Shown here one piece after another: positions 36,401-49,814 of a stretch of 64,000 nucleotides of DNA; within the stretch, counting starts at the first letter, position 1, and each line of letters begins with the position of its first letter. A program made the position numbers and the translations under genes. The notes under the pieces were generated by a model that had not been told where the DNA came from, did not search any database, and saw only the letters and a list, made by a program, of their open reading frames with translations. The stretch is from Scyliorhinus canicula (Eukaryota), in NCBI RefSeq assembly GCF_902713615.1, contig NC_052172.1, positions 20,349,954-20,413,953 on the forward strand, in the 5' to 3' direction.

Positions 36401-39400
36401 GTCGATGTCAGAAATCCCATTGGCACTATTGAAAATATGGGAGTTCTCCTTGGTGTCTTGGCCAATGTGACTGCCTCATCAATGTCACTGAAAACAGGTT
36501 ATTTGTTTTGTTTTCTCTTTGTTTTTGAATGTCGTTGGAAAGATTGGGATTTAATGCTCATCCGTAGTTGTCCAGTTGAGGTGGAGTTGGGTCTTTATTA
36601 TTGTCGCAAGTAGGCTTACATTAACACTGCAATGAAGTTACTGTGAAAAGTCCCCAGTCGCCACATCCCGGCACCTGTTCAGGTACACAGAGGGGGAATT
36701 CAGAATCACCAATTCACCTAACAGCACGTCTTTCGGGACTTGTGGGAGGAAACCGGAGCACCCGGAGGAAACCCACGCAGACACGGGGAGAACGTGCAGA
36801 CTCCACACAGACAGTGACCAAAGCCGGGAATCGAACCTGGGACCCTGTTGTTGTGAAGATCTTAATACAATTTAGGATAGTATAGGGTCAACCATAGAAT
36901 CCCTACAGTGCAGAAGGAGGCCATTCGGCCCGCCATGTCTGTACTGACCCTCCAAAAGAGCATCTAGGCCCAGTCTCCCACCCTATCCCTGTATCCCCAT
37001 AACCTCAACTGCTTGACATTGGACACTAAGGGGCAATTTAGCATGGCCAAACCACCTAAACTGCGCATCTTTGAATGGTTAAGACCTTTTAAGAGTGGCA
37101 GGTTTCCATCCCTGAACGAGCAAGTTGGATTTTTATAACAATCCAGCAGCTGAACGGAATCTTTTACTCATATTTTTCTTTTCACATTCATTTAACTGAA
37201 TTCAAATACTCAAACAGCCACAGTGGGATTTAACTCCCCTGTTCTCTGGGTTATTAATCCAGGCCTCTGGATTACAGTGAGAAGATGCTCGCTCCCATTG
37301 TGTCCTTTTTTCCCCCCTCCATAGGTATAATCCTGAGAATCTCGCAACATTGGAACGCTACGTGGAAACACAGACCAGGGAGAATGCATATGATCTAGAA
37401 GCCAATCTGGCAGTTCTGAAACTGTACGTATATCTCTTGTTTTGTTTTTCCTTCATCTGGATTTGATTTAACTTTGAAAGTCCTGTTCCACTTTTCTCTC
37501 CTTTCCTGAAGGTGCTGCCCCATTGTTGGTTATAATCACATTACTGTGACTGTAATCCAACTAGTGACTCCCTACCTTCACTATTCCTAGTCTCTCCATT
37601 ATGAGATTACAATTGCTGCAAGATAATCTGTTATTGAGACCAAACCAGGGGCTGGTTTAGCTCACTCGGCTAAATCGCTGGCTTTTAAAGCAGTCCAAGG
37701 CAGGCCAGCAGCACGGTTCGATTCCCGTACCAGCCCCCCCGGACAGGCGCCGGAATGTGGCGACTAGGGGCTTTTCACAGTAACTTCATTGAAGCCTACT
37801 CGTGACAATAAGCCATTTTCATTTTCAAACCCAAGCACTGGCTGATTCCCTTACCCCATTCCAAAGTTTCAGAGGTGAATTGTAGCATTGTAACTGGGCT
37901 AGGCTTACAGCCCAGTCGGAGGCCATTCAGACCAATATGCCCATGATGGCCCTCTGCAGGAGCAATTTACCCAGTGCAACTCCACTGCCTTTGCCTCCTA
38001 GCCCAGATCATGCCTCGATTCAACCTGCCTCTGGCACACCCTCAACCAGTGCATTCCAGATCCCAAACACTCACTGCGGAGAAAAATGCTTTTCCCCTCT
38101 CGCCATTTGTTTTTTTTTTGCCAGTTGCCTTAAATTTCCACCTTCGGGTTCCCAACGTTCCTGTCTGTGAAAACACTTGCTCCTATTTTAAACCCTTCAC
38201 ACGTAACCGCTTTGAGGTTTGAATCTTTTTAAATACCTGCTAGACGCTGCGTTGCCCAGGAGCTGGGATCAGATTTGCTGTCTTTCTGTCGGTAATCTAT
38301 TCTACTGGGAGACTAACTGAAAGGAAATCACAGTGTGCAAAAACGGCTATCAGCGTGACCCTTTTGCCTTTTTTCTTCCTTGCACAGGTATCAGTTTAAT
38401 CCTGCATTCTTCCAGACCACTGTCACTGCACAGATCCTGCTGAAAGCACTCACCAACTTGCCGCACACAGATTTCACACTCTGCAAATGTATGATCGACC
38501 AGACGCATGTATCCTTACAAAGCAGCCTGCTGCTTCAGCACAGGACCCTCAGAGTCAGCTTTTCATATAAATTTTGAGCTTCCGATTCTTTTTTTTTCAA
38601 TTAAGGGCTAATCCACCTTATCTGGACATCGTTTTGGGTTGTGGGGGTGAGACCCACACAGACACGGGTGCAATGTGTAAATTCCATATGGACAGTGACC
38701 TGGGGCCAGGATCGAACCTGAGACCCTGGCGCCGTGATGCAGCAGTGCTAACCACTGCGCCACCGTGCTGCAACAAATTCTGCTTTTCGATAGCCCCGGG
38801 CTATGAATGTATTTGCGCTTGGGTCTTCATCACTGGGGTGGAGGGAGTGAACCTGGTGGAAGGGGCAGTTCTTTCAAGGAATATTTCCCACTCACTTCAA
38901 AAAAAATGAACTGTGTACATCCCTTGGGCCATCCTTTGGCATCAAGACCCACGGTGCCAGGGTTACTGGCTCTTGATATTTTTGCGAACCCTCTCGCCTT
39001 GGCCATGGTTCAGTGGGTTGCTCGCTCCCCTTTGAGTCAGAAGGTTGCGAGTTCAAGTCCCACTTTGAGCCTTGCAGTTTTGTATATCTGGTATTGTATT
39101 GACCCAGTATACCATCAGAGGAGTTTGGTCTGGTACCATTCTGTCCAGTTTTTGTGGGACTGTTTTTGCAATTTTCTGCTAGTTCTGCTTTCTGAGAAGT
39201 TGCATTGATTCCGCTTCCCTTTCTGCCGCACTGACCTTCACTGTCTCACCTGCGCACTGTCCGCCCTCATTGCTCTTTCCATTCAGCCGCATGTTCACTG
39301 CCAATGATGGTTGTGGTTTGAGGCCGCTACTAACAATAGTGAGTGCATTGGGGTTAACACAATTTACTCTAGGGTGACACGGCGGCGCAGTGGCTAGCAC

Positions 39401-42400
39401 TGCTGCCTCACGGCGCCGAGGACCCGGGTTCGATCCCGGCCCCGGGTCACTGTCCATTCATGTGGAGTTTGCACATTCTCCCTGTGTCTGCGTGGGTCTC
39501 ACCCCCACAACCCAAAAATGTGCAGGGTAGGTGGATTGGCCACACAAAATTACCCCTTAATTGGAAAAGAAAGCATTGGATACTCTAAATTTATTTTTAA
39601 AAACACAATTTATTCGGTGGGGGGGTGGATGATAAAGCCCTTGCTATGATACCTGTGCTCTGCTGCTCACTGCAGTACCAAATGGTGCGATGACCACGTC
39701 TGTCAGCAAAGTGAGTTCCACAGTGTTGATGTTGCAAATTCTGTGACAATTGAGTGAATGCTGTAGTTGTGATTGAGAGCGAGTGCTGCTAATTGGAGTG
39801 AGGTTAGGGCATGTGTTTAAGAACCAGTTTCTACCTGTGTGGGGAAGCATTTATGAAATCTGCACTTGTGTTTCACAGGGTCAAAACCTATATTGAAGAT
39901 AGACTTTCACCACCTTTTACCAGGTGCCTGCTGATTAGATTAACACAGGAGAGACAGACCAGCTCCAAAGCTTCCTGTGCCCCTCTGTTAAATATTATGT
40001 GGGGGTATCAGGATGTGACAAATTGCCCGATAAAGCTTGTCTTCTAAGGTTAACTCTTGTAGGGTTGTCAGATGGTTGGTCCCAGCTGTCCGATGTAGGT
40101 GGCTGCCAGTGATCAGTGGTAGAAAGGGGCAATTTAGCGTGGCCAATCCACCTACCCTGCACATCTTTTTGGCTTGTGGGGGTGAAATCCACGCAGACAC
40201 GGGGAGAATGTGCAAACTCCACGGGGCTGAGATCGAACCTGGGGCCTTGGCGCGGTGAGGCAGCAGTGCTAACCACTGTGCCACCGTGCCGCCCCTGGAA
40301 TGATGTGTTTCAAAAGTAATCCGAACTTCCTCACAATGGCACAGAACGTTGCTTAAAGTAGTGAAATGAATCTTCCTTAATGGGGCATTAAACAGCAGGA
40401 GGAGCGGCCGATCCAACAGATTCTCAGTCTCGGTGATCTGCTGGAGACCTGCCACTTTCAGGATTTCTGGGTGAGTAAAGTACCTCCCGTTGTGTTGCCA
40501 TGTTAGAAGCTCACAAGTAAACGTACCTTATTGCTGAGTGCAAGGCAGCAAGGTTCCCTGGAGCTGTGAGAGTTAAAATGTGGCTTCAATATTGCATTCT
40601 GTTCAACTCTGCCTCTGGCATGGGGGCCACCTTGTGATGCGGCAGTGCGCTTAAACCTGGTGTGACCGCGCAAAGGTTTGCTACTGCAGTTCCCAGATGT
40701 GCTACATTTCTGATGCCATCCTTGCTGCTGTTGGAGGATGAATGGTTTCCTACAGGTGGGGGGATGATTATAGACAGCCACTTTGTGTCATTATCACTTT
40801 GTCCAGTGATTGACTGTAAAGTGACAGCGCTGGAGGCTGAGGACACACCAATACTCTCGGCAGCGAGATTAAAATATCTGACTCTTGTTTGCCCCATCGT
40901 GTTTCTGCTAAAGTGCCCATGCATCAGTCACCTCAGCTTGGCAAAGGAGCTGGGTTTTCACGTGTATATGGTGTGGTTGTCATTGTGCATTGAGAGGAGG
41001 CAGGTATTACAGTTTAATTTCTGTATCAGATCTTCCTTCCATCGCAGAATTGCTACAATGCAGAAGGAGGCCATTCGGCCCATCGTGTCTGCACGAGCTC
41101 TCCAAACGAACATTGTGATTGAGTGGCATTCCCCTGACTTTTCCCCATACCCCTGCACATTGTTTCTATTCAAGTAATTATCTAACGCCCTCTTGAAATT
41201 CTTGGAATGAACCTGCCTCCACCACACTTCCAGGCAGCGCATTCCCGACCCCAACCACTCGCTGGGTTTCTGGAGATTAATCAGCTGGTAGAAGATGGTG
41301 ATATGATAGCCACTACCCTCTGCTATGGAACATCAGTTATTTAATTTCAATGTACTTCTCTGTCCAGCGCAACCTGGAAGAAAACTCTGAGCTGATTGAT
41401 GGCATAACAAGCTTTGAAGATTCCGTGCGAAAATGTAAGTACAGGTCCTGATCGGAAAATTGCTTTGATTTTCCTGGAAACGGATTAGGGAACCATGCAA
41501 AAGGGATAAAATTCTGCCTGCCAGCTACTGACACACCGTGGGTTTTAAACTAGTAGATTTCTTACGAAATTGCTTAGCGAGACAAGAGGATAAGGAGGGG
41601 CGACGTCATCACCAACTGGCAGTAACAACAACTCAACCGTAACATGATCTAAGGTGCTTCTCGGCATAACATGTAATTATAGTCACAGGACCTGTTTGTA
41701 AGAGGGTGGCACAATGGTTAGCACTGCTGCCTCACAGCATTAGGGACCCAGGTGACTGTGTGGAGTTTGCACTTTCTCCCCTTGTCTGCGTGGGCTTCCT
41801 CCAGGTGCTCCAGTTTCCTCCCACAGTCCAAAGATGTGGAGATAAGGTGGATTGGCGACACTAAACTGCCCCTTAAGTGTCCAATGGGTTAGGTGGGGTT
41901 ACTGCGATAGGATGCAGCCGTGGGTTTAGGTAGGTTGCTCTTTCAAAGGGTCAGTGCAGACTTGATAGGCCGAATGGCCTCATTCTGCACTGTAGGGATT
42001 CTATGAATAACGTCCATGAATTGCCTGCCACCTTCTGTGCTGTAACAATTCTATGATTCTATAAGAGCAGAAATCTGATCTTTGAGGGAACATGTTAGTG
42101 CCGTTTGTGGGATCTTAAGAAGATAGTTGTACCTTTGTTGGAAGAATTGGAACAGTTGTTATGGTTCATTTGGTGGGTTTCGCATAAAACAGATACTTGT
42201 GTTTGACTCAATTGCCAGCAAGACCGTTTTGTTGTATTCTATCTATGATGGCTCCTCCTAACGTGTTGGAATTCTTCCCACAGTTATCTGCCACGTTGTC
42301 GGGATCACTTATCAAACAATTGAGAAGTGGCTGCTGGCGGAAATGTTAGGAGATCTGACAGGTAGGGGTCAATATGACTGGGAGATAGAATTGCCGTGGT

Positions 42401-45400
42401 CTGTTGCAGGCGACCTGGTTTGCCCTGAGCTGCAATTGTAAAACACGCGGCTAATAAATCTTTTTAGAATGATAGCACAGTGGTTCACACTGTTGCTTCA
42501 CAGCTCCAGGGACCCAGGTTCGATTCCCAACTTGGGTCATTGTCTGTACGGAGTCTGCACGTACTCCCCGTGTCTGTGTGGGTTTCCTCCGGGTGCTCCA
42601 GTTTCCTCCCACAAGTCCCCAAAGACGTGCTGTTAGGTGAATTGGGCTTTCTGAATTCTCCCTCTGTGTACCCGAACAGGTGCCGGAGTGTGGTGACTAG
42701 GGGATTTTCACAGTAACTTCATTGCAGTGTTAATGTAAGCCTACTTGTGACATTAATAAAGACTATTATTTAATAGAACTAAATTTAAGGGCGAACCCCG
42801 AGGCCATGGGTTCGATACCGGCCCCGGATCACTTTTTGCGTGGATCTCGCCCCCACAAAGATATGCAGGCTAGGTGGATTGGACATGCTAAATTGATGCT
42901 TAATTGGAAATGAAAGAATTGAATACTTTCAATTTATATATTTTTTTAACTAAATTTAATGTAAATATAACAATGTTCTGTAGTCAGAAATATCGGGCAG
43001 CACGGTGGCGCAGTGGATTAGCCCTGCAGCCTCACGGCGCCGAGGTCCCAGGTTCGATCCCGGCTCTGGGTCACTGTCTGTGTGGAGTTTGCACATTCTC
43101 TCTGTGTCTGCGTGGGTCTCACCCCCACAATCCAAAGATGTGCAGGGTAGGTGGATTGGCCATGCTAAATTGACAATTAATTGGAAAAAATTAATTGTGT
43201 ACTCTAAATTTATTTTTTAAAACTTTTAAAAAAGAAATATGGTTCGCCTTCGCCACTATTGTGTTGGAATGAAAATCATCATGTTGTCCTATATTCGTTT
43301 GTTCTTTCCATGGAGCTCAAAGCTGTGGGACCTCTTGCTCAATGGTCTGTTTCCCTCATGATCTGCAAATTTTTAAAACAATCCTTGCTGATGCCTCATC
43401 ACTTCATGATTTAGCTAATCTTCCTTTTTACACTTTTCAATTATGACCCTTCACTTGCGTAATTTAATGCAGTGAAAATATTATGGACTGTTCCCAGGAC
43501 CTGTTTGTAAAAGCAGTGTGGAATTAAGACAGAAACATGGAAACATCCCCAGTTTGATTCAGTCTTTCCTCAGTTGGATCTTACGTTGCTTCAGAATGGG
43601 CTGGGCCTTAACCCCCGACCTCATGGTTTGACATCTGATCCCCGTGTTTCTTTATGAAGTGGATCAGATGATTTCTCTGCAATCTAAACACCAGTATTGT
43701 TTTTGACCGACCTGCTCGCACTCTTTATTTGAAGCATGGCTGCTGCTTGGATGAGTCGCTTGAGGGTACCTGGATTTGAATGGCTGCAAGATAAATTAAC
43801 ACCTTTGGGAGGGAAGAGAAGGAAACAGTTGCTTTACCAGCTACATTATCAGACCGTTAAAATCTTCATCGTTGGGACCAAAGTTTGAAACCTGGCATCA
43901 ATTAAAATTTATGTTTTGGTTCCCCTTCTAAAAAGCCCTGGTACAGTAGTTCCTGTTGATCCATTAAGGATTTCCTATTGCAACATGTAGAACAAGACTT
44001 GCTAATAATTTGGTTATTTATGTATGCATCAATAAACCGTCAGTTTGTGGTCGTTAAACCTGGGTTTTACTCTCTCCTATCCACATCCTTTAGTGGTTAG
44101 CACTGCTGCCTCACAGTTCCAGGGTCCTGGGTTCAATTCCGACCTTGGGTCTGTACGGAGTTTGCACAATCTCCCTATATCTGCGTCGGTTTCCTCCCAC
44201 AGTCCAAAGATGTGCAGGTTAGGTGGATTGGCCATGCTAAATTGCCCCTTAGTGTCCACTGGTAAGGTGGGGTTGCGGGGGATAGGGCAGGGGAGTAAGT
44301 AGAGTGCTCTTTCAGAGAGTTGGTGCAGACTCGATGGGCCAAATGGCCTCTTTTGCACTGTGGGTATTTAATGATTCTTTCCCACAGTTTACACTGCTCA
44401 TAGGTCCACATTCAAAATGATCGGTCAATTCAAACAGACTTCCAAAACCGTGTATACTTGTACACCTCTTGTGCTTCCCCAGACTCAGTACGATTATTTT
44501 TTTTAAAAGAGTACCCAATTAATTTTATCCAATTAATTGTCAATTTAGCGTGGCCAATCCTCCTTCCCTGCACATCTTTGGGTTGTGGGGGCGAGACCCA
44601 CACGAACATGGGGAGAACGTGCATACTCCAAACAAACAGTGGCCTGGGGCCGAGATCGAACCTGGGACCTCACGCCGTAGGCCACCATGCCGCTCTACTT
44701 GGTACAAAATTGTAGCTGAAAATGTAGGATTTCGAACACCTTGTACTCAAAATAAGGCTGCGCAGTTGATTAATGCCAGTCTTTTTGTAATGGATAGACT
44801 GCTTTCTCACGCTAGTCTACTGAATGCCCGTGTAGTTTCATCGGATGCAGTCGTCGTCCCCAAACCATCTCTCTAGTGTCCTCACTGTCCCAATCTTGTT
44901 CGTGCTATTAGCTCACTGTGGAGCTGGACGAGAAGGCAAGCCTCAAGAACCACCTCAACTGGTGCCACAGTCTCGGCGTCCAAGCTAAATTGAACCAGTG
45001 GTTAAATTGCTGGACCGATAATCCAGAGTTTGAATCTCACCAGGGCAATTTGAGCATTTAAATTCCACGTTTTCGGTAGAAGTGGCCATGAAGTTGTCGA
45101 ACTGTCGGGAAAAAAAAGTCAAAACGATTCACTAATGTCTTTTAAGGAAGGAAACTTACTGTCCATATCTTGTCTGCCCTAATTCAGTTGCAACCCAATA
45201 GTTGACTCCTAACCACCCTCAGAAGGTGCTCAGTAGTCTTAAGCTTTCACAGGCGGCGAAGGGATTGTAAACTAGCTGCTGCCTTTCCCAGCAATCCCAC
45301 ATCTCAAATTAGTTTTTAAAAAATTATTCTTATCGTGGCAAGTTCAGGTGAGGGATGTTTGTATTTGAGGAGCTGTTCGTCGTGGGGTGGGGGGGGGGGG

Positions 45401-47354
45401 GGGGGGGGGGGGTGAAAACGGGAAACAAATCTGTTCAGGTGGTAGAGTTCATTGTTGGGAATTGTGTTTTCCGGGGTGTTTATTTGCTGGAACATAGAAC
45501 AGTACAGCACAGAACAGGCCCTTCGGCCCTCGATGTTGTGCCGAGCCATGATCACCCTACTCAAACCCACGTATCCACCCTATACCCGTAACCCAACAAC
45601 CCCCCACCCCTTAACCTTTTTAGAACACTATGGGCAATTTAGCATGGCCAATCCACCTACCCGCACATCTTTGGACTGTGGGAGGAAACCGGAGCACCCG
45701 GAGGAAACCCACGCACACACGGGGAGGATGTGCAGACTCCACACAGAGAGTGACCCAGCCGGGAATCGAACCTGGGGCCCTGGAGCTGTGAAGCATTTAT
45801 GCTAACCACCATGCTACCCTGCTGCCCTACCTGTTTTGATATGTGTTTGTAATAAAAATACATTTTTTAAAAACAGTACCTGACCTTGATGCAGCACCTC
45901 CCTGTAAGGTCGCATTCCGAGCCTTACCTCCCAGCTGCTGCTGCAGCACGTCTGGCCACGATGCGCCGTTGGATGGACGCGCGCTGTCACCAGGATTTTA
46001 ATTTGTCATTGAACAGTTAAATTATACCCAATAAGTCTCATCAATGTGTGAAAACGTTTATTTTTCAGATGCACAGCTGCAGGTTTGGATGAGCAAGTAC
46101 GGCTGGACGGAGGCCGAGCCAGAGAAAATCTTCATCTGCAATCAAGAAGAAAGTATCAAACCAAAAAACATTGTGGAAAAGATTGATTTCGACAGTGAGT
46201 TTTATTCATCAGAGCAGTCCCTCACCCTGAGGGCGGGCACAGTTAGAATGTGGCTGTGTTTCCTGTGTTAATTAAAGGGTTGCATTCCCCTTTCCTGGTG
46301 GCAATGACGTGCTGAGGTTGTGATTCTAATGCCACATCGTCTGTTTGCCTATTGTGCAAATGAGAGCACGGGCAGCCTAGTCGGGGGGAGGGGGGGCTCA
46401 AACCGTTCATACCCTCAGCTGGTAGTCACGCACCCGGGCTCTCTGAGTCGGCGGAGTGTAATAGTGATCACTGGATTATTATTGGGAGCAGAATATAGGG
46501 CATATTTCCCTCCAGCCCACGAACAATCTAGCTGGCTTTCAGATTTTTATCTGATAATGGTCCCTCGGTGCACATTGGGACATTTTAGTGCATTAAAGGC
46601 ACTTTCCCACTACAGCTCTGATCAAACAAATTTACAGAATCTTTCTCTCAGTTCTGGGTGACAGACTATTGAGCTTTCAGAAGTACACCATCAAGTCCGA
46701 ATTTTTTTAATTCCTGGGGTGTGGGTGTCGCTGGGCTGGGCCAGCATTTGTTGCCCATCCCTAATCACCCTTGAACGGAGTGTCTCACTCGGCCGTTCCA
46801 GAGCCCGGTGGGGGGGGGGGGGGGCAGTTAAGAGTCAACCACATCCCGGGTTACTGTCCATGTGGAGTTTGCACATTCTCCCCGTGCCTGCGTGGGTCTC
46901 ACCCCCACAACCCAAAGATGGGCAGGGTAGGTGGATTGGCCATGCTAAATTGCCTCTTAATTGGAAAGATGTTCTTAAAAAAGAGTCAACCACATTGCTG
47001 TGGGCCTGGAGTCATGTGTAGATTATATAAGGACGGCAGATTTCCTTCCCTAAAGGACATTGGTGAACCAGGTGGGTTGTTACGACAATCGATGATGGGT
47101 TTCATGGTTATTATTAGACTTTTAATTCCAGATTTTTGTGAAATTCAAATTTCACCATCTGCTGTGGGATGGTGAAGAGCATTACCCGGGACTCTGGATT
47201 ATTAGTCCAGTGACAATGCCACCAGCTCCCCTGCATATGAAGACAGGCGATATCCTTATGATGTGTGTTGTTTTCAAATTAAGAATGTGGAGCTGACAAC
47301 TTTTTTTTTCTTGTGTTTCTAGGTGTGGCTAGCATTATGGCGTCATCACAGTGA
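33364..47354 (+). CDS. EIF3K: Eukaryotic translation initiation factor 3 subunit K, complete gene (8 coding exons, 657 nt, 218 aa)
   Basis: Exons of 59+99+121+75+67+78+126+32 nt join in frame with GT-AG boundaries. Protein runs [36 protein letters not shown]...[22 protein letters not shown]. Confidence 0.98.
33596..35083 (+). repeat. G-rich minisatellite in EIF3K intron 1; homogeneous core of a 28-bp unit GGGGTGGGGTGGGGGAGGGCGGAGGATT (about 34065-34645)
   Basis: Directly visible tandem array. Confidence 0.95.
35530..35871 (-). mobile_element. HE1 SINE, type A variant (similar copies at 45490-45827 and 53765-54066)
   Basis: Head + V-domain + CR1-like GGGCCGAAGGGCCTGTTCTGTGCTGTA tail. Confidence 0.88.
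36115..36196. repeat. Short tandem repeat of about 21 bp (CATGGTCATCAGCCTTGGTCR), about 4 copies
   Basis: Directly visible. Confidence 0.85.
37325..37423 (+). CDS. EIF3K: EIF3K exon 2 ([33 protein letters not shown])
   Basis: Pyrimidine tract + atag acceptor; donor gtacgt. Confidence 0.97.
37648..37826 (+). mobile_element. Type D tRNA-derived SINE in EIF3K intron 2
   Basis: A/B boxes; shared tail; short flanking repeat CAAACC. Confidence 0.87.
38388..38508 (+). CDS. EIF3K: EIF3K exon 3 ([40 protein letters not shown])
   Basis: Acceptor tgcacag; donor GTATCCTT (U12-type). Confidence 0.97.
38509..40395 (+). other. EIF3K: U12-type (minor spliceosome) GT-AG intron, EIF3K intron 3
   Basis: 5' splice site GTATCCTTAC; branch point TTCCTTAAT at 40373-40381, about 15 nt before the AG; no polypyrimidine tract. 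Confidence 0.92.
40396..40470 (+). CDS. EIF3K: EIF3K exon 4 ([25 protein letters not shown])
   Basis: Homology to EIF3K; donor gtgagt. Confidence 0.96.
41368..41434 (+). CDS. EIF3K: EIF3K exon 5 ([22 protein letters not shown])
   Basis: Acceptor ttctctgtccag; donor gtaagt. Confidence 0.95.
42284..42361 (+). CDS. EIF3K: EIF3K exon 6 ([26 protein letters not shown])
   Basis: Acceptor ttcttcccacag; donor gtaggg. Confidence 0.96.
42475..43232 (+). mobile_element. Type C SINE (42475-42770), decayed SINE and type B SINE (42995-43232) in EIF3K intron 6
   Basis: Family motifs as above. Confidence 0.82.
46069..46194 (+). CDS. EIF3K: EIF3K exon 7 ([13 protein letters not shown]...[12 protein letters not shown])
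   Basis: Acceptor tttttcag; donor gtgagt. Confidence 0.97.
47323..47354 (+). CDS. EIF3K: EIF3K exon 8, coding part ([10 protein letters not shown])
   Basis: Acceptor gtgtttctag; TGA stop; matches the EIF3K C-terminus. Confidence 0.95.
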
Positions 47355-47421
47355 GCTCCTGATGTTCCAAACTCTCTCTGGTTCTTTTTCTGACCAATGT
47401 GGTATTTCCGTAATTCTTGTC

Positions 47422-47427
47422 AATAAA
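47422..47427 (+). terminator. EIF3K polyadenylation signal AATAAA
   Basis: First AATAAA, 68 nt after the stop codon. Confidence 0.7.
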
Positions 47428-47976
47428 GTGATTGAGACAACTCTCATTGTGTCATCAGATTGAGTTGACGAATGAAGAATCCATTTGACAAACCAGCGCA
47501 GACACCTTCCTTCATTCGCCTGTAATGGCTGCTTTGTTTTCTTCATACTCTGAAAGGTTCCATCAAACACCCCTCGTACATCACTTATTGTAGTCACTCC
47601 ACCATTTCATAATTCCCTAGGCTATTAAGCTCTGCACTTCACTCCCTAAACTACTACTCGCTTACCACAGAGGAAGGTTGTTAAAACCTGCCTTTCAGAA
47701 AGATTTTAATCACCTATCTGAATATCTCCTTGTATGACCTCCGCCGATTCAAATCTGAGATATTTAATTCTTGTTATAAAAGGTGCACTGCCAGTTAGCA
47801 CTGCCGCCTCATGGCGCTGAGAACCCAGGTTCGATCCCGGCCCGGGTCACTGTCCGTGTGGAGCTTGCACATTCTGGTGTCTGCATAGGTTTCGTCTCCA
47901 CAACCCAAAGATGTGCAGGGTAGGTGGTTTGGTCATGCTAAATTGCCCCTTAATTGGGAAAGAAAGTACTCTAGAA

Positions 47977-48161
47977 CAGTGCTTCTCAAAGTGTGGTACG
48001 CGTACCGGTGCCGGTACGCGAGCCATCGTCTGCCGGTACTTGGAGTGTTCCCAGAAAAGAAAGAGACAGTAATCCTGGATTGGCTTGTTTCGCTCACCAG
48101 TCCCTGGCACATTGAAAAAAAAACTGCCGGTCCGCCACATCAGATAGTTTGAGATGCACTG
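47977..48161. mobile_element. hAT/Charlie-type MITE (185 bp)
   Basis: TIRs CAGTGCTTCTCAAA / TTTGAGATGCACTG (13/14 match); perfect 8-bp TSD CTCTAGAA. Confidence 0.92.
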
Positions 48162-49129
48162 CTCTAGAACAAAAAATGTATTGTCCTTTAAATCAGACGT
48201 GTGACAACAGAATTCTCAGTATGTGATGGATGGTGATGTTTTGGCATAACGCAATAAAAACCTTACAGGCACTGAAATACAATTATTCCAGGTTTACGGA
48301 AATCTAAGCTCCAAACAGTGGGGGACATTCCAGAAAGGTAGCAGGAAGGAAAAGAAATAAAAACCATCAGAATTTCGAAGAGAAAAGACCGATTTAAGAT
48401 TTTGGTGGATGAGGAATTTAGTGAGAAGCGAGTAGAAAGTTTTCTGATCCACAAGCAATCTGCTGAGAACTGTAGGAAAAACTTGCTTGCGTTGAGATAA
48501 AATATATTTATATTTCAGCACAGATCAAGTATTTCCGCTGAGTCTGGGACTAGGCGACAGTCTAAAAATTAGAGCCAGTCCTTTCAGAAGTGAAATTAAG
48601 AAACACACAAGGATGGTAGAAGTTTGGAACCCTTTTCACAAATGGCAATTGTTAGCTTCAAATGAGAAACCACCGATAGATTGTTGGAATATGAAAGCAT
48701 TAACGGAAACAGGGTAAAGTGGGTATATGGAATTAAGTTCTTTGAATTGAAGAACAGGCCCAAAGAGCTAAATGGCCTCCTTTTATGTTTCATAGAACAT
48801 ACAATGCAGAAGGAAGCCATTCGGCCCATCGACTCTACACTGACCCACTTAAGCCCTCACTTCCACCCAGTAGCCCCTCCTACCCTTTTTGGTCACTAAG
48901 GGCAATTTATTATGGCCAATCCACCTAACCTGCACGTCTTTGGACTGTGGGAGGAAACCTATGCAGACACGGGGAGAACGTGCAGACTGCACAGACAGTG
49001 ACCCAGCAGGGAATCGAACCTGGGACCTTGGCGCTGTGAAGCCAAAGTGGTATCCACTTGTGCTGCCCACGCATGACAAAGACATTGAAGGGAGGAAAAT
49101 TATATCTTATTCCTTCAGTTGTCCATGAT

Positions 49130-49358
49130 AGGCAGAGTGCAGACTGCTCAACCAGCCTGGCCTTGCAAAATCCAAATCAAAACATCTACTGTTACATGTG
49201 ATTTCATGATTGGGCAGCACTTGCTAAACAATCATGAGTGTGACAGTAGCTTCACTAACAACCACATTCAGATAATCAGTCAAGTTTGTAATGGCTCATT
49301 TACACCTGCTGGAAGCAACATGCAGGAACCTTTCTGTGCAAACAATATGTTTGTTGCC
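49130..49358 (+). mobile_element. Penelope-like element GIY-YIG remnant
   Basis: CDFMIGQHLLNNHECDSSFTNNHIQIISQ / AHLHLLEAT. Confidence 0.65.
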
Positions 49359-49814
49359 CTCCCTAATGGTGGTGCAGTGGTTAGCACATGGTACCAAGGA
49401 CCTGGTTTCAATCCTGGCCCCAGGTTACTGTCCGTATGCAGTTTGCACATTCTTTCTGTGTTTGCGTGGGTCTCACCCCCATGACCCAAAGATCTGCAAG
49501 GTAGCTGGATTGGCCAAGCTAAATTATACCTTCATTGGGGAAAAAAAAAAGAATTGAGTATTTTAAATTTTTTTAAAACCTGAAAATAAAATAGACATGG
49601 TTGGAACTCAATAAGATCACTCAAGATTTTTGGAGAGTTTTATCCTTAAAACCAAATTTAATAAATTGACATTGACATGTGCCAGAATCCAACACTAATT
49701 TTGCACAGATTCAATGTAATTGGCAAAATAAGGGACATGGGAGAAGCGTAGAAACTTGTATTAATCAGATAAATACTTGGGTAACAAGAAAGAAATATTG
49801 GGCTTGTGGATAGT

